Below are positions 19,700 to 35,944 of a stretch of 64,000 nucleotides of DNA, piece by piece; the stretch's first letter is position 1, and each line of letters starts with the position of its first letter. Origin of the DNA: an uncultured Gemmatimonadales bacterium (GTDB lineage: Bacteria; Gemmatimonadota; Gemmatimonadetes; Gemmatimonadales; GWC2-71-9); NCBI GenBank assembly GCA_963844035.1, contig CAWJMT010000003.1, forward strand, positions 224,001 through 288,000, read 5' to 3'. A model generated the notes under the pieces. It ran no database searches, was not told the origin of the DNA, and worked only from the letters and a program-made list of their open reading frames with translations. The position numbers and the translations under genes are program-made.

Positions 19700-22013
19700 T
19701 CAACAAGTAGCCCCTCCATCCTCTACCGTGATCGCTAGTGAGGCGGAGACCTGGCTCCCATCCGCCGATGTCACGCTGACGGTGAGAGAGAAATTATCGA
19801 GAACGGAGACGCCGTACGTGCTGGGGCCACTCGTGTTGTCCACGACACTGCCTGACATCCAGCTGTAGGTGTACGGTCCCGTGCCACCCGTGGGCGTGGC
19901 CGTCCAACGGCAGACCTGATTGGTGGAAACCGAAGTTGGGCCGCTGATAGCAACCGACGTGATGGGGTTCCCCACCGCAGCCGCGGGTGGGCGCGGCTCC
20001 GCCTGCGGCTGACCCGTACCGGAGCGCCGTCCGCGATCCTGCGGTGGGGACGGCGGGGGCGGGGGTGGTGCCGCTGGCGCCGCTGCCGGGGGCTGCGCGG
20101 GCGTCACCGGGGGTGCTGGCGGACGCGGCTCCGGTTGCGGCCGGCCGGTATCGGGGCGCCGTCCGCGCTCCTGACGTGGCGGCGGCGGGGGTGATGGGTT
20201 CGCAGGCGGCGCTGGCTCCGCCGGCAGCATCGGTGGAGTGGGGAGCGGAGGATCCGCCGGGCGATCAGCCGGGCGCCGTCCGCGATCGTTGCTGGGCGGC
20301 GGTGCAGGCTGCTCGCTCTCCTGCCGGTCATCCCGTCCCCGTTGCCCGCCGCGATTGTCGCGGTCGTATTGGTCATTCCCGCGGCCCCCTTGCTCCCGGT
20401 CTGGCGCGTTGTCGGACCAGCGCCGGTGGTCGTCGGGGGTCACGGGATGAGGCTCGGGCAGGCCTCGGCGTGCCGGTCGGAGATCAGGCCCGCCGCCTCG
20501 GGTGGCGGAGCGTACCGGCCGGTTCTGCGGTGGTGGATTGCGGTCGCGCAATGTGGCGAGCGTCGCTTCATCGAGCGGCCGGCCCGGATTGCGCTGCAGG
20601 GCGCGCTCCCGCACGCTGAACGGCATCGGCGGAGGCAGGGGGCGTTCTGCGCACCACCAGCCGCCGTGTCACGTTGTTCTCCGGGGGGAGTCGCACGGGG
20701 CGGCCGGACGATCGCAGCACACTCTGACGATTCGGCGCGAAGGGCGCGGCCGTTCCCACGATCGGCGCGCTGTTCAGCCGGTTTCGCGGCACCACGATGA
20801 GGCTGCGGCCCACGGGGCGTCCACCCACGAACGTTTCGCGCGTGACCACGGTGACGCCACCCGGCGCCGCACGGTTGCGATACCTGATGCTCGTCATGTC
20901 GGCGAGCGTGAGTGAGGTGACGTTGACGGTCGTGCTGTTGATGTTGCGCAGGTAGCGGTCGCTCACGCGGTACACCGGGTAGTAGGCTTCGCCGGGACCG
21001 AGCGGGAACCAGCCCACGCCGCCGCCGACGCCCACGCTGATGCTCCAGTTGGAGCCGCCCACGAACGCGACCAGCGCCGGTGCGTACACTGGTCGCGCCA
21101 CGACGCGTCCGGGCACCCACGCCCAGCCCCGCCCCGTGTGGACCCAGCGTCCGTAGTGGTACGGCGCGAACCCCCAGGGCAGGTCGTCGATCCACGTCCA
21201 TCCCCACGGGTCCACCCACGCCCAGTGTCCGTTGCGATACGGCGCCCATCCCGAGGTTACCCGGCGCGGCGTCCACACCGGCCCGTACTCAGCTGACACG
21301 CTCCACACGCCGTATTCGTCCAGGTCCTCGTAGCCGGGCATGTCGGGGGAGACCCAGCGTGCCGACGGGCTTTCATCGCGGCGACGGTCGCGCCCCATGC
21401 CCCAGCTCTCCCACGTGTCCGGCGGGCGCGGAACGCGGACGTCATAGTAGGGCGCATCAAGTCCGGCCAGGGTGGCGGTCTCGCCCGCGTCCACCGAGAA
21501 CCAGGAGCCGCCCGCGATCAGGTCTGCCTCGCCTTCGCGCACGGTGACGGTGGTGGCATTGCCGGTGGCGTTCACGTCCACCCGGTACGTGCCAGGCACC
21601 AGCACCGACACCGCGCCGTTCGGCGTGTCGATCTCGAACGTCTCGTCGTCCGCGAGGTAACGGACGCGGATCTGGAGGGAGCCTTGGGTCAGACGCAGCT
21701 GGGTGAGCTGGTCCTCGAGCGCCAGGAAGCCGAAGTCGGTGGACGGGGCCAGCCGCAGCGTCGTCGGGCCGATGGTGATCTCGACCCGCCCGCCGACGTC
21801 GGACCAGAGGTCGTCGCCGGTCGTGAGCGGATAGTTCAACGGGGCGTTGTCCCAGTCATCGAGGCCGCCGGGCCGCAGTGACACCGGGCCGCTGATGAAG
21901 CTCACCCGGCCGACCCGTTCCGGCGGGTCCTGCGCGGCCGGCGAGCCCGTGATGCCAACGATCAGGAGCAGTGCCGGGGCGAGTGCGGGCAGCACGCGGC
22001 GTGCGATCTTCAT
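19700..22013 (-). CDS. DUF6600/FecR-like secreted protein with Pro-rich linker and C-terminal Ig-like domain (frameshifts ~20630-20730)
   Basis: DPPERVGRVSFISGPVS, NYPLTTGD, FEIDTPNG, PGYEDLDEYGVW, WAPYRNGHW..PWGFAPYHYGRW, YAPALVAF, VGWFPLGP. Confidence 0.8.
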
Positions 22014-22148
22014 GGCGGTCTCCAGAGTGGTGTTCGGCGGTGCCTACGATAAGCGTCTGTACAGTGAGAACCAACCCGCGCACCGCGCCGATGTTCCCGC
22101 GGGAGGTGGGCTCGCCCTTGGCGTATTAGCTTGGTAGTGCTTGGCTGC

Positions 22149-22222
22149 GCGCCCGTAGCTCAGGTGGATAGAGCAGCAGCCTTCTAAGCTGTTGGTCGGA
22201 GGTTCGAGTCCTCCCGGGCGCA
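22149..22222 (+). tRNA. tRNA-Arg (TCT)
   Basis: GCGCCCG..CGGGCGC acceptor, anticodon arm GCAGC-CTTCTAA-GCTGT, GGTTCGAGTCC T-loop. Confidence 0.96.
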
Positions 22223-22254
22223 CTCCTCGATACGTCCGCCGGACCCCGTGCGGG

Positions 22255-22270
22255 TGTGATATGTCTCACG
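22255..22270. promoter_or_regulatory. CRP/FNR-family-like box
   Basis: TGTGA-TATGTC-TCACG, 9/10 match to TGTGA-N6-TCACA, intergenic. Confidence 0.45.
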
Positions 22271-22403
22271 CCGCGTTCTTCCTTCATCAAATGACACGGG
22301 CAACTTCTCCGAGCGCTGGGGTCGTAACAACACTGACGCGCCGACGTCCAACAGGCGATTTCAAGCCTTCGTCGGTGGACTCACAAGCCAAGGAGTGTCC
22401 GTC

Positions 22404-23301
22404 ATGACGTACTCTCGCGCAGTGTGGAGCATCTCGGGACTCGCCGTCGCGCTGCTGTTGGGCGCCGGCGCGTGCGCCACCGACGGCACCGACCCGACGC
22501 CGTTGGTTCTGACGCAAGCCCAGGCCGATAGTCTCGCTGAACACGTGGCGTTCGATGTCGAAGACGAAAACTCCGGCGCGACGATGACCGGATCGAGCGG
22601 GAGCCGGTGCCGCCGCGTCGTTCGCCGGGCTCGGGCCGCTCGGATTGATGCACTGCGCGCCCACAAGGACCCCGGCGTCGCCCATCGACTCCGACAGCTG
22701 ACGGCGTGGCGGACTCGGTGCGGATCGACTTCACCGGCGTGCGTGTTGTCGTTCTTCTTCGAGACCGACACGGTGCGCGGCACGATTGACGTCCTCGATC
22801 CGACCACGCTCGTCGCCGACCATTCGGTGGAGCGGATCTTCACATGACGTCGCCCGCGTGCGCGTGCATACCCTCTCGGGGAAGGTCACGTCGGAAACGC
22901 GCAACGGGACGCGCACTCACGCGTCGGGATGCGACGACGCTCGAGAACAGCGAGACGAATTTCCGGACCGACTACGTATTCCGAAACGGCGCCACGGCCA
23001 CGCACGTGAAGACGTGGACCTCGACGCTTCACGGCCGACGTGGCGGGTGCGATCCAGCCGGAGCAAGCCGTTGCCCTCGGGCACGTGGAACATCGGCGGC
23101 ACGTCGTCCTGGACGCGCGGGGCCGCGACGTATTCTCTGACGGTGACGACGAGCCCGGCGCTGCACTACAACGCGAGCTGCACGGCGGCACCACGGTTCG
23201 ACGCCGGCACGGTGGTCATCGTGGTGATGCGGGGCGGTCGCAGCGCGACGGTGACCATCGAGTTCACCGCGTGTGGCGAGTTCACCACGACGCGCTCGTA
23301 A
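22404..23301 (+). CDS. Hypothetical Thr-rich beta lipoprotein (several frameshifts)
   Basis: Lipobox LLGAGAC; continuous protein-like sequence across frames ending YNASCTAAPRFDAG..FTACGEFTTTRS. Confidence 0.6.
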
Positions 23302-23321
23302 CGGCCGGAAGACGAGCAATG

Positions 23322-23353
23322 GAGGGCCCGGCTGGGAAACCAGGCGGGCTCTC
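23322..23353 (+). terminator. Stem-loop after lipoprotein gene
   Basis: GAGGGCCCG-GCTGG-GAAA-CCAGG-CGGGCTCTC; no clear U-tract. Confidence 0.45.
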
Positions 23354-23429
23354 GCGTCTGGGGGACCCGGTGGTGGCGCCCGGCAAAACGGGGGCTGGTT
23401 GAGGGCGTATCTTCAAGAACGAGACCCCC

Positions 23430-23502
23430 TTGACTCAGGTCCACCGGCCCGGTTAGCATTGGCGTCTCGCTACGAGTTTTTCGTGTAGCAGCTCTTTGAG
23501 AA
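23430..23502 (+). promoter_or_regulatory. rrn promoter and boxA antitermination site
   Basis: TTGACT(23430)-18 nt-TAGCAT(23454); boxA GCTCTTTGAGAA at 23491. Confidence 0.7.
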
Positions 23503-23643
23503 TTGATGATCGAGCGTGTGGAGTGCGGCCCCGATTGAGCGGTGCGTGGTCAGACACGTGCCGTGAGGGGTTTGACTCTGAATTGTGATAAACGGACGAC
23601 ATAGTACCAGTCGTTCTGTTCGAGCTGTTCGAACTACTTCTAA

Positions 23644-25192
<1,549 letters not shown>

Positions 25193-25278
25193 GGAATGCC
25201 GAGTAAGCTCCGATCGCAAGATTGGGGATCGAAAGGCTTCTGGTGTCGCCCGCACTCTCCACACTCGATCATCAAGAC

Positions 25279-25344
25279 TTCAGGTGTCAGGTTTCAGGTT
25301 TCAGGTGTCAGGGTTTTTCTGACACCTGACACCTGACACCTGAA
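25279..25344. repeat. Heptamer inverted tandem-repeat hairpin in ITS
   Basis: (TCAGGT[G/T])x4 then (CACCTGA)x3. Confidence 0.85.
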
Positions 25345-25356
25345 CACCCGCAGTTC

Positions 25357-25369
25357 AGCTCTTTGACAA
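25357..25369 (+). promoter_or_regulatory. Spacer boxA
   Basis: AGCTCTTTGACAA, matching the leader boxA. Confidence 0.75.
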
Positions 25370-25420
25370 CTGATGAGTGGTGTGTTGTAGTGTCGAGGAA
25401 TCACCACTGAGAGAGCACTT

Positions 25421-28400
<2,980 letters not shown>

Positions 28401-28450
28401 TTCTCGGTGCTCCCGAGTGGATGAAGCCTCCGACACTACGACACACGCTT

Positions 28451-28522
28451 GTCAGGTTTCAGGGGTAGGTGTCAGGTGTCAGGGTTTTTTCCCTGGCACC
28501 TGACACCTGACACCTAACACCT
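28451..28522. repeat. Second heptamer inverted tandem-repeat hairpin (23S-5S spacer)
   Basis: GTCAGGT-type units followed by CACCTGA-type units; same family as the ITS copy. Confidence 0.85.
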
Positions 28523-28531
28523 CGATCTTTT

Positions 28532-28648
<117 letters not shown>

Positions 28649-28655
28649 TTCTCAA

Positions 28656-28695
28656 GAAGCCCGCTCCAGGAAACCGGAGCGGGCTTCGTGTTTTT
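28656..28695 (+). terminator. rrn intrinsic terminator
   Basis: GAAGCCCGCTCC-loop-GGAGCGGGCTTC followed by GTGTTTTT. Confidence 0.85.
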
Positions 28696-28696
28696 A

Positions 28697-28760
28697 TGTG
28701 ACTTCCGTCACGCTCGCAGCCCGCCCCAGATTGGGGCGGCCCCACCCTGTTTCCTATATT
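28697..28760 (+). promoter_or_regulatory. CRP-like box plus -10 element of a probable leaderless promoter
   Basis: TGTGA-CTTCCG-TCACG (28697-28712); TATATT (28755-28760) 7 nt before ATG 28768; no SD. Confidence 0.5.
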
Positions 28761-28767
28761 AGCCCCC

Positions 28768-31700
28768 ATGCAGCGGGCCGAAATCCTCGATTTCCTGCAG
28801 CACGTGGGGCGGGACCCCTCACGCCTCATCTTCGAGGACGAGCTGACTGGCGTCCATAACCGCCGCTTCCTCCATAGCTACCTCGAGCACAAGGTCCACT
28901 GGTCCACCGGGGCCGACTACCCCCTCTCGCTGCTCATCCTCGACCTCGACCGGTTCAAGGACATCAACGACACCCACGGGCACGCCACCGGCGACCAGGT
29001 GCTCACCTGGGTCGCCGCAGCGCTGCGCGATGTCGCGGCGGACGGGGGACTGCCGGTGCGCTTCGGTGGGGATGAGTTCATCGTGCTGCTGCCGCGCACC
29101 GACGCCGTGGGCGCGCGGGACATGGCGGCCCGCCTGCTCCAGCGGGTCAATGACCGGCCGTTCCGGCTGCGCGACGCCGGCGTGACGGTCCCCGTGACCC
29201 TGAGCATCGGCATCGCCACCGCCCCCACCGACGGGGCCAGCAGCCGGGCGCTGCTCCAGGCCGCCGACACGGCGCTGTACCACGCCAAGCAGTCGGGCCG
29301 GAACCAGGCGGCGGCCGCCGCCGAGGTCGATCCCAAGAAAGTCTTTCCACGCACCGCCTTGCACCGGCTCCTCGCCTCCGGCATCGCGGGGCGCGACGCC
29401 GAGCTCGGCGCCGTCTCCGAGGCCCTCATCGCCCTGAGTCGGGGCCAAAGCCAATTCGTCATCCTCGAGGGAGCCCCGGGGATGGGGAAGACCACGTTCC
29501 TCGAGACGATCACCCGCAACCTGAGCGGGAACGCCGGATTCGCCGTCGCCCAGGTGGGGGGTGATCCCCAGGAGGCGTACCGGCCGTACTACACTCGCGA
29601 CCCGCCTGCTCGTCGCACTCCTCAACCGGCGCGAAGACAAAGGCGCGGCGCTGCTCCAGAGCCTGAGCGCCGAGGACGTCGCGTATCTCTCCCACATCGT
29701 GCCGCAGGTAGGGGAGGGGGCGACTGCCGCGCCCCCGGCGGACGAAGCGCTGACGCGACAACGCATCTTTTCAGTCCTCGGCCGCTTCGTACCCCGCGTC
29801 GTTGATGGACGCCCCCTCGTCGTGATCATCGACGACCTGCACCTGGTCGACGAGGCCAGCCTCCTGCTGCTGCGCGCGCTGCTCCAGAGCCGCAAGCTCC
29901 CGCTGCTCGTGTGCGGGGCGACGCTTGAGGCCCTGTCCCTGAACCGCGAGGAAGAAGCCCCGCCGATCGAGCGCTTCGTCGCGAGCCGCGGCCGGGAGCT
30001 GGGGATTCGCCAGCTGCGGCTCGGCGCCCTCAGCGCGGAGCACATCACCGATTATCTCCGGAGTGTGTTTCCGAACCTGCGGATGCCGGACGGCTTCGAC
30101 GCGGAACTGGCGCGCGTCACGCAGGGGAATCCGCTGTTCCTCGGAGAAATCATCCGCAAGCTCGTGGCGGACCGCAAAGTCACCTTCGTCGGGCCGGAGT
30201 GGGTGATCGCCGAGATCGAGACGGGGTACCTGCCAAACTCGCTCGAAGGGATCGTGCGCGAGAAGATCGCCGCGTTGGACGCGGAGGGCCGGCACCTGCT
30301 CGAGCAGGCGGCGGCGCTCGGCGAAGGCGTCCCGGTGAGCGTGCTGACGGGAAGCTCGCAGCTCGACGAGAACCAGGTGCTCCGGTTCCTCGACCGGGCA
30401 GAAGCGCTCGGACTCGTGAGCCTCGATTTCCAGCGGAACGACGACGTCATGCGGTTTCTCGGCAAGCGCGTGCTGGAGATCAGCTACGGGGCGATCGACG
30501 AGCCCAGGCGCCGCGCGTTGCACGAGAAGGTCGGCGCGTACCAGGAAAACCTGTACCAACAGCGGACGCTCCCGTCGGCGTCGCTGCTCGCGTATCACTT
30601 CAAGCGCTCCGCGAATCAGGAAAAGGCGCAAGCGTATGAACGCGCGCAGCGGGCGTACGCCCAGACACTGTTCGACCCCGAGGAGGCGGCGCGCTACCCG
30701 ACGGAGCTGCTGGAGGAGGAGGCGGAGCCGGAAGGGCGGCTCGCTCCCGAGACCGTCGCGCTGGTCCCCAACATGGTGCGCGCCCTGATCATGGCAGTGC
30801 GCAGCATCCAGCTCTATCCCCCGGAGAGCAAGGCGATCCCGCAGGCGCGTCATGTACTGCATCAAGGGCTCGAGGAAGTGTTGCGGCAGAGCGCGTGACT
30901 GCAGTTATCGCAGGAGCGCCGCGCGCTGCTCGCCAACGGCCAGCGTCTCGAGGTGTCGGACTGGACCGCGCTCGCGGAATCGCTGCTTGAGCTGCTCGAT
31001 CGCTTCGAGCTCCAGAGCCTCACGTTCCAGCGTGGCGTGGAAGAGGCGGAGCTCCGGACGCTGCTCGTCGCGCTCGCGAGCACCAAACCCGAAAGCATCA
31101 CTCCGGGGTTCTGGAAGACGATGGCGCTCGAGCACGCGCTCAAGCACATCCAGCCGCAGCAGGTGCGCTACGCCAACGTCGTGCGCGCCCGGGGCGCCGC
31201 AGGACGGCGGGCGGCCGGGGAGGAGGAGCGTCTCGATGCGCAGGACCTGGCCGAGATCCCCAAGATCCTTCGCGCCCTCCAGGCGACCGCCAAGGCGGTC
31301 AGGCTCTATCCCGTCGAGAGCGAGCCGGTCGCGCGGGCCGTCGAGCAGTTTCACGCCAGCCTGCAGGACGTGCTGTTCCGGCGGCAGACGCTGACCCTCG
31401 CCTGCGCCGGGCACGCCCTGCTGGGGAACGGCGCCCGGCTGGACACCGCGGGATACGAACGGTCGCCGGTCCCGTGGTCGAATTGCTCGACGGGGCGGGG
31501 CTCGAGAGCGTGACGTGGTTCGCCGGCGTGCCGTCGAGCGAGATGGCGGTATTCTTCGGCGCCCTGCGCGACCTGCCGGCATCGGGTGCGGACGCACGGT
31601 TCTGGGACGCCCTGGTCCGGGACAAGGGCCTCACCGGCCTCGCGTTCAATCATCGCAAGTACGCCCGCGGCGTGGTGGACGGGTTGCTGGCGGAAGGCGA

Positions 31701-33036
31701 AGTCGAGGGAGACGTCACCGAGGCCGACAGCGACGCCGCCGCGGTCGATCGGCTGTCGGAGGAACCGATGGAGGCGCTGCGGCAGGCGCTGCCGCAGTTC
31801 GGGAAGGATCTGCTCGTAAAGGGTGAGCATGCGGTGCTACGCCGCCTGCTGCGCCGGCAGTTCCAGGAGTTCCAGAGCCAGGATCCCGCCTGGCCGCGCG
31901 AAGACGGTGCAGGCGTGCCGCGCGCTGATGGACCGGCTGATCCTGGGAATGCAGCACAAGTTCGCGGAGATCGCGGCGGAGTTCGTGCTGCCCGCGCTCG
32001 CGGCGGAAACGGAGCCCCAGGTGCTGCGCGAGTTCGCCGACGTGCTGAGCACCATGACCGCGACCTCAGTTCAGTTCGCCGACTACCAGCTCGCGAGCCG
32101 TATCCTGCTCGACCTGCGGGGACGCCAGCGCGCCCTCAAGGAGACCGGAGGACGCGAGGGCGACCGCCTCGCGGCATTGCTCGACCGCCGCATCGAGCCG
32201 GCCGCGATCCTCAAGCTGCTGGAAGAGGACCTGCGCTCGGGCCAGCCCGATCGACACGAGCGGGCCGCGCAGGTGCTCGGCGCGCTGGGCGCGGTGGCCA
32301 CGCCGTTGCTGATCGACGTGATCAAGCAGGAGAACGACTTCCGGGTTCGCAATCTCGCGGCGAAGCTCCTGGCCGAGGCCGATCCGCAGGCCCCGGAGCT
32401 GGTCAAGCGGGCGCTCGTGACGGAGGTGATCTTCGAGCAGCGGGCGCGATTGCTCGAGGTGATCGACATGGTCACCCGCGACCTGCGCCTGGAGCTGGAG
32501 CAGTGCCTCCGCGACACCAACCCCAGGGTGCGGCGCGCCGCCTTCCAGTTGTTCGAGCGTCTGGGGCAGGACGAGCTCGTTCCTCTCGTCGCGCCGTTCG
32601 CGCAGCATTCCGATCCGGCGGTCGCCCGCGGGGCGATTCGCGCCCTCACGTCGCTCCGTTCGCCCGCCGCAGTGCATGCCCTCACCGCGATCCTGGAGAC
32701 GACGAAGGATGAAAGCCTGGCGGCGCTGCTCTGCCAGGGGTTGGGCCTGTCGGAGCAGGCGACGGCGATCGATGCGCTCGCCCGCGTGCTGGCGGAGCAC
32801 AAGGTGTTCTTCTTCGGGCGGCGGTGGGGGGTCGAGGTCCGCGGGACGGCAGCCCTGGCCCTGCGGCAGATCCCGCATCCCTCGGTGGCCGAGGTGCTGG
32901 CGCGCTACGAGAACGACGGCAACGTCGGAGGTCCGGCAGGTGGCGCGGGGCGGGGCCGCCCCGGAGCGGGCGGCGCGTCCCACGCGGACGTCCGGCGTAC
33001 AGCCGGCAGATTGTGGGGGACCTGCCGCCGGAGTAG
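28768..33036 (+). CDS. ~1400-aa GGDEF + STAND-type AAA ATPase + duplicated LYP domain + HEAT-repeat protein (frameshifts ~29590, ~31470, ~31890, ~32930; in-frame TGA at 30896; 3' end uncertain)
   Basis: DELTGVHNRR, DLDRFKDINDTHGH..GD, RFGGDEF; Walker A GAPGMGKT, Walker B VVIIDDLH, TQGNPLF, RRALHEKVG, LAYHF; HEAT-like repeats in 31823 frame. Confidence 0.8.
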
Positions 33037-33097
33037 CGCGCCACCTTCCCCTCGCCCCTATCTTCCCCCGATCCTCTTCCCGGCGCCGCCCGACCGT

Positions 33098-33843
<746 letters not shown>

Positions 33844-33888
33844 GCGCGTTCCCCTTCCGCCGTTCCCGTTCCGGGGTAGGTTCGCCTC

Positions 33889-34750
33889 ATGCCCCGCTGT
33901 GGTACCGTCGTCCTTGCCGGCCGGCCCAACGTCGGCAAGTCGACGCTGCTCAACGCCCTGGTCGGCGAGCACCTCGCGATCGTCTCACCCAAGCCGCAGT
34001 CCACGCGTCTCCCCGTGGTGGGGCTGCTGACGCGGGGTGACGCGCAGTTCATCTTTACCGACGCGCCCGGGCTGCTCGAGCCGGAATACCGGTTGCACGA
34101 GATGATGCGCGCGGCGGCGCTGCGCGCGATCGCCGATTCCGAAGTCATCGCGTACCTGCACCCGCTCTCGGAGTATCCCGCGCCGCCGTTCGAGCGGTGG
34201 CCAAGCTCGATCGCGCTCCGCGGGTGCCGGTCGTCACCGTGTACACGAAAGCGGACCTTGTACCGCCCTCCACCGTCCTCGACCGTCCCTCGATCGCCCA
34301 ACGCCGTGGTCGTCTCCGCGCTCACCGGCACCGGCCTCGACGACCTCCTGACGGCGCTCGACCGCGCACCTGCCCGAAAGCCCGTTCCACTACGACCCCG
34401 AGGAGATGGCGACCCAACCGATGCGTTTCTTCGCGGCGGAGTTCATCCGCGAGGCCGCATTCGAAACGCTGCACGAGGAGCTGCCGTACAGCGTGGCGGT
34501 CGAGATCGACGAGTTCCGGGAGGGCACAAGCCCCGTGTATATTCGGGCCGTCGTCTATGTGGAGCGTGAGAGCCAGAAGGGTATCGTGATCGGCGAAGGG
34601 GGCCGCACCATCAAGATGCTCGGGACCGGTGCCCGCGCCAAGATCGAGCCACTGCTCGGCGAGCGAGTCTTCCTCGAGCTCCACGTGAAGGTCCTTCCCA
34701 AATGGCGGCGGCAGAACGCGTCGCTCAAGCGCCTGGGGTACGCCGGATGA
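33889..34750 (+). CDS. era: GTPase Era (frameshifted)
   Basis: [53 protein letters not shown] domain. Confidence 0.93.
34259..34299 (+). repeat. Degenerate 10-mer tandem repeat inside era
   Basis: TACCGCCCTC CACCGTCCTC GACCGTCCCT CGATCGCCC directly after the TKAD motif. Confidence 0.6.
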
Positions 34751-34917
34751 GCCTTTCGCCCGAGCTGCTGGACATGCTGGTGTGCCCGAAGTGCAAGGGC
34801 CCGCTCGAGCATCGCACCGCCTCTCGCGAGGAGCTCGTCTGCCACGCCTGCCGCCTGATCTACGCGGTGGATGACGACATTCCAGTCATGCTGATCGATG
34901 AGGCAACGCACTTCTAA
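34747..34917 (+). CDS. Trm112/YcaR family protein
   Basis: [35 protein letters not shown]. Confidence 0.9.
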   Translation: MSLSPELLDMLVCPKCKGPLEHRTASREELVCHACRLIYAVDDDIPVMLIDEATHF

Positions 34918-35944
34918 GAGGCGGGCAGGCGGGCAGGCGGGAGGGCGGGCAGGCGCTGGTGGCTCGGTTTGCTGCTGCTGTCCGCCTACCGCGACCACCC
35001 GCCTGACCGCCCAGTCGTCTCCCAACAACTCCGGCGCTCTGTTTCTCAACCTTCCGGTCGGCGCTGAAGCCGTCGGAATGGGTCAGACCGCGGTCACGCT
35101 CGAGGGGCACGGCGAGGCGGCGTTCTGGAATCCGGCCGGCCTGGCGACGCTCGATGAGAGCGAGTTCGGCCTGCAGAACGGCAGTCTCGCCGTGGGGAAG
35201 AGCTACGCGCTGACGGCGTATGTGCACTCCCATGGCATCGGAGTCCTGGGCGGGGCCGTCTACCTGCTGAACTACGGTGATCTGGAGCGCACGGACTCGA
35301 CGGGCGGCACGATCGCGCAAGTCTCCCCCCGCAACCTCGAATTTCTCGCGTCGTACGCCACGCAGGTGGGCGCGCTGAGCATCGGCGTCAACTACAAGCT
35401 CGTGGAATTCCGCGTCGAATGCACCGGAGACTGCCGGGAGTTTCCCAACGGGGAAGGGGTGACCCACGGGCTCGACGTGGGCGGCCAGCTCGCGGTGGGT
35501 CCCGAGGGTGCGCTGCGAATCGGGGTGGCCGTGCGGAATATCGGGTTCAAGCTTCAGGTCAACAACCGCGACCAGGCCGACCCGTTGCCGGCGCACCTGG
35601 TGGTGGGCGCGTTGTACCGCTTGACGCTGCGGGGCGAAGTGGCGCCCGGAGCCGCGCCCGGAGCGGAGCCCGACGGCCTGGACGTGAAGCTGGCCGCCGA
35701 TCTGGACAGTCCCTGGGGCAGCTATGGCGATTCGGAGGTCCGCATCGGCGTGGACGTCGGATACCAACGCCTGCTGCGCCTGCGCGGCGGGTACGCGTTC
35801 GAGCGCGAGGGCCTCAGCGGGCCAAGCGTCGGCATGGGCATCTCGAGCGGAGCGGTCGGCGTGGACTTCGCGCGCACGTTCCTGAGCGGTTCGGACTTCG
35901 TCACGGAGAACCCCACGTTCTTCTCGTTTCGCGTGGCGTTCTAG
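34898..35944 (+). CDS. PorV/PorQ-family outer-membrane beta-barrel
   Basis: [47 protein letters not shown]-terminal F. Confidence 0.75.
   Translation: MRQRTSKRRAGGQAGGRAGAGGSVCCCCPPTATTRLTAQSSPNNSGALFLNLPVGAEAVGMGQTAVTLEGHGEAAFWNPAGLATLDESEFGLQNGSLAVGKSYALTAYVHSHGIGVLGGAVYLLNYGDLERTDSTGGTIAQVSPRNLEFLASYATQVGALSIGVNYKLVEFRVECTGDCREFPNGEGVTHGLDVGGQLAVGPEGALRIGVAVRNIGFKLQVNNRDQADPLPAHLVVGALYRLTLRGEVAPGAAPGAEPDGLDVKLAADLDSPWGSYGDSEVRIGVDVGYQRLLRLRGGYAFEREGLSGPSVGMGISSGAVGVDFARTFLSGSDFVTENPTFFSFRVAF
34919..35012. repeat. Inverted 8-mer tandem repeat hairpin inside signal-peptide coding region
   Basis: (AGGCGGGC)-like x4-5 at 34919-34955; degenerate CCGCCT-type units at 34980-35012. Confidence 0.72.

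Noticed and set aside
14795..22222. Prophage or integrative element between the tRNAs
   Set aside because: No integrase, transposase, phage gene or att duplication seen.
22845..22847. TGA in the lipoprotein gene as a Sec codon
   Set aside because: The protein-like sequence continues in a different frame (DVARVRVH), so this is an indel, not in-frame readthrough.
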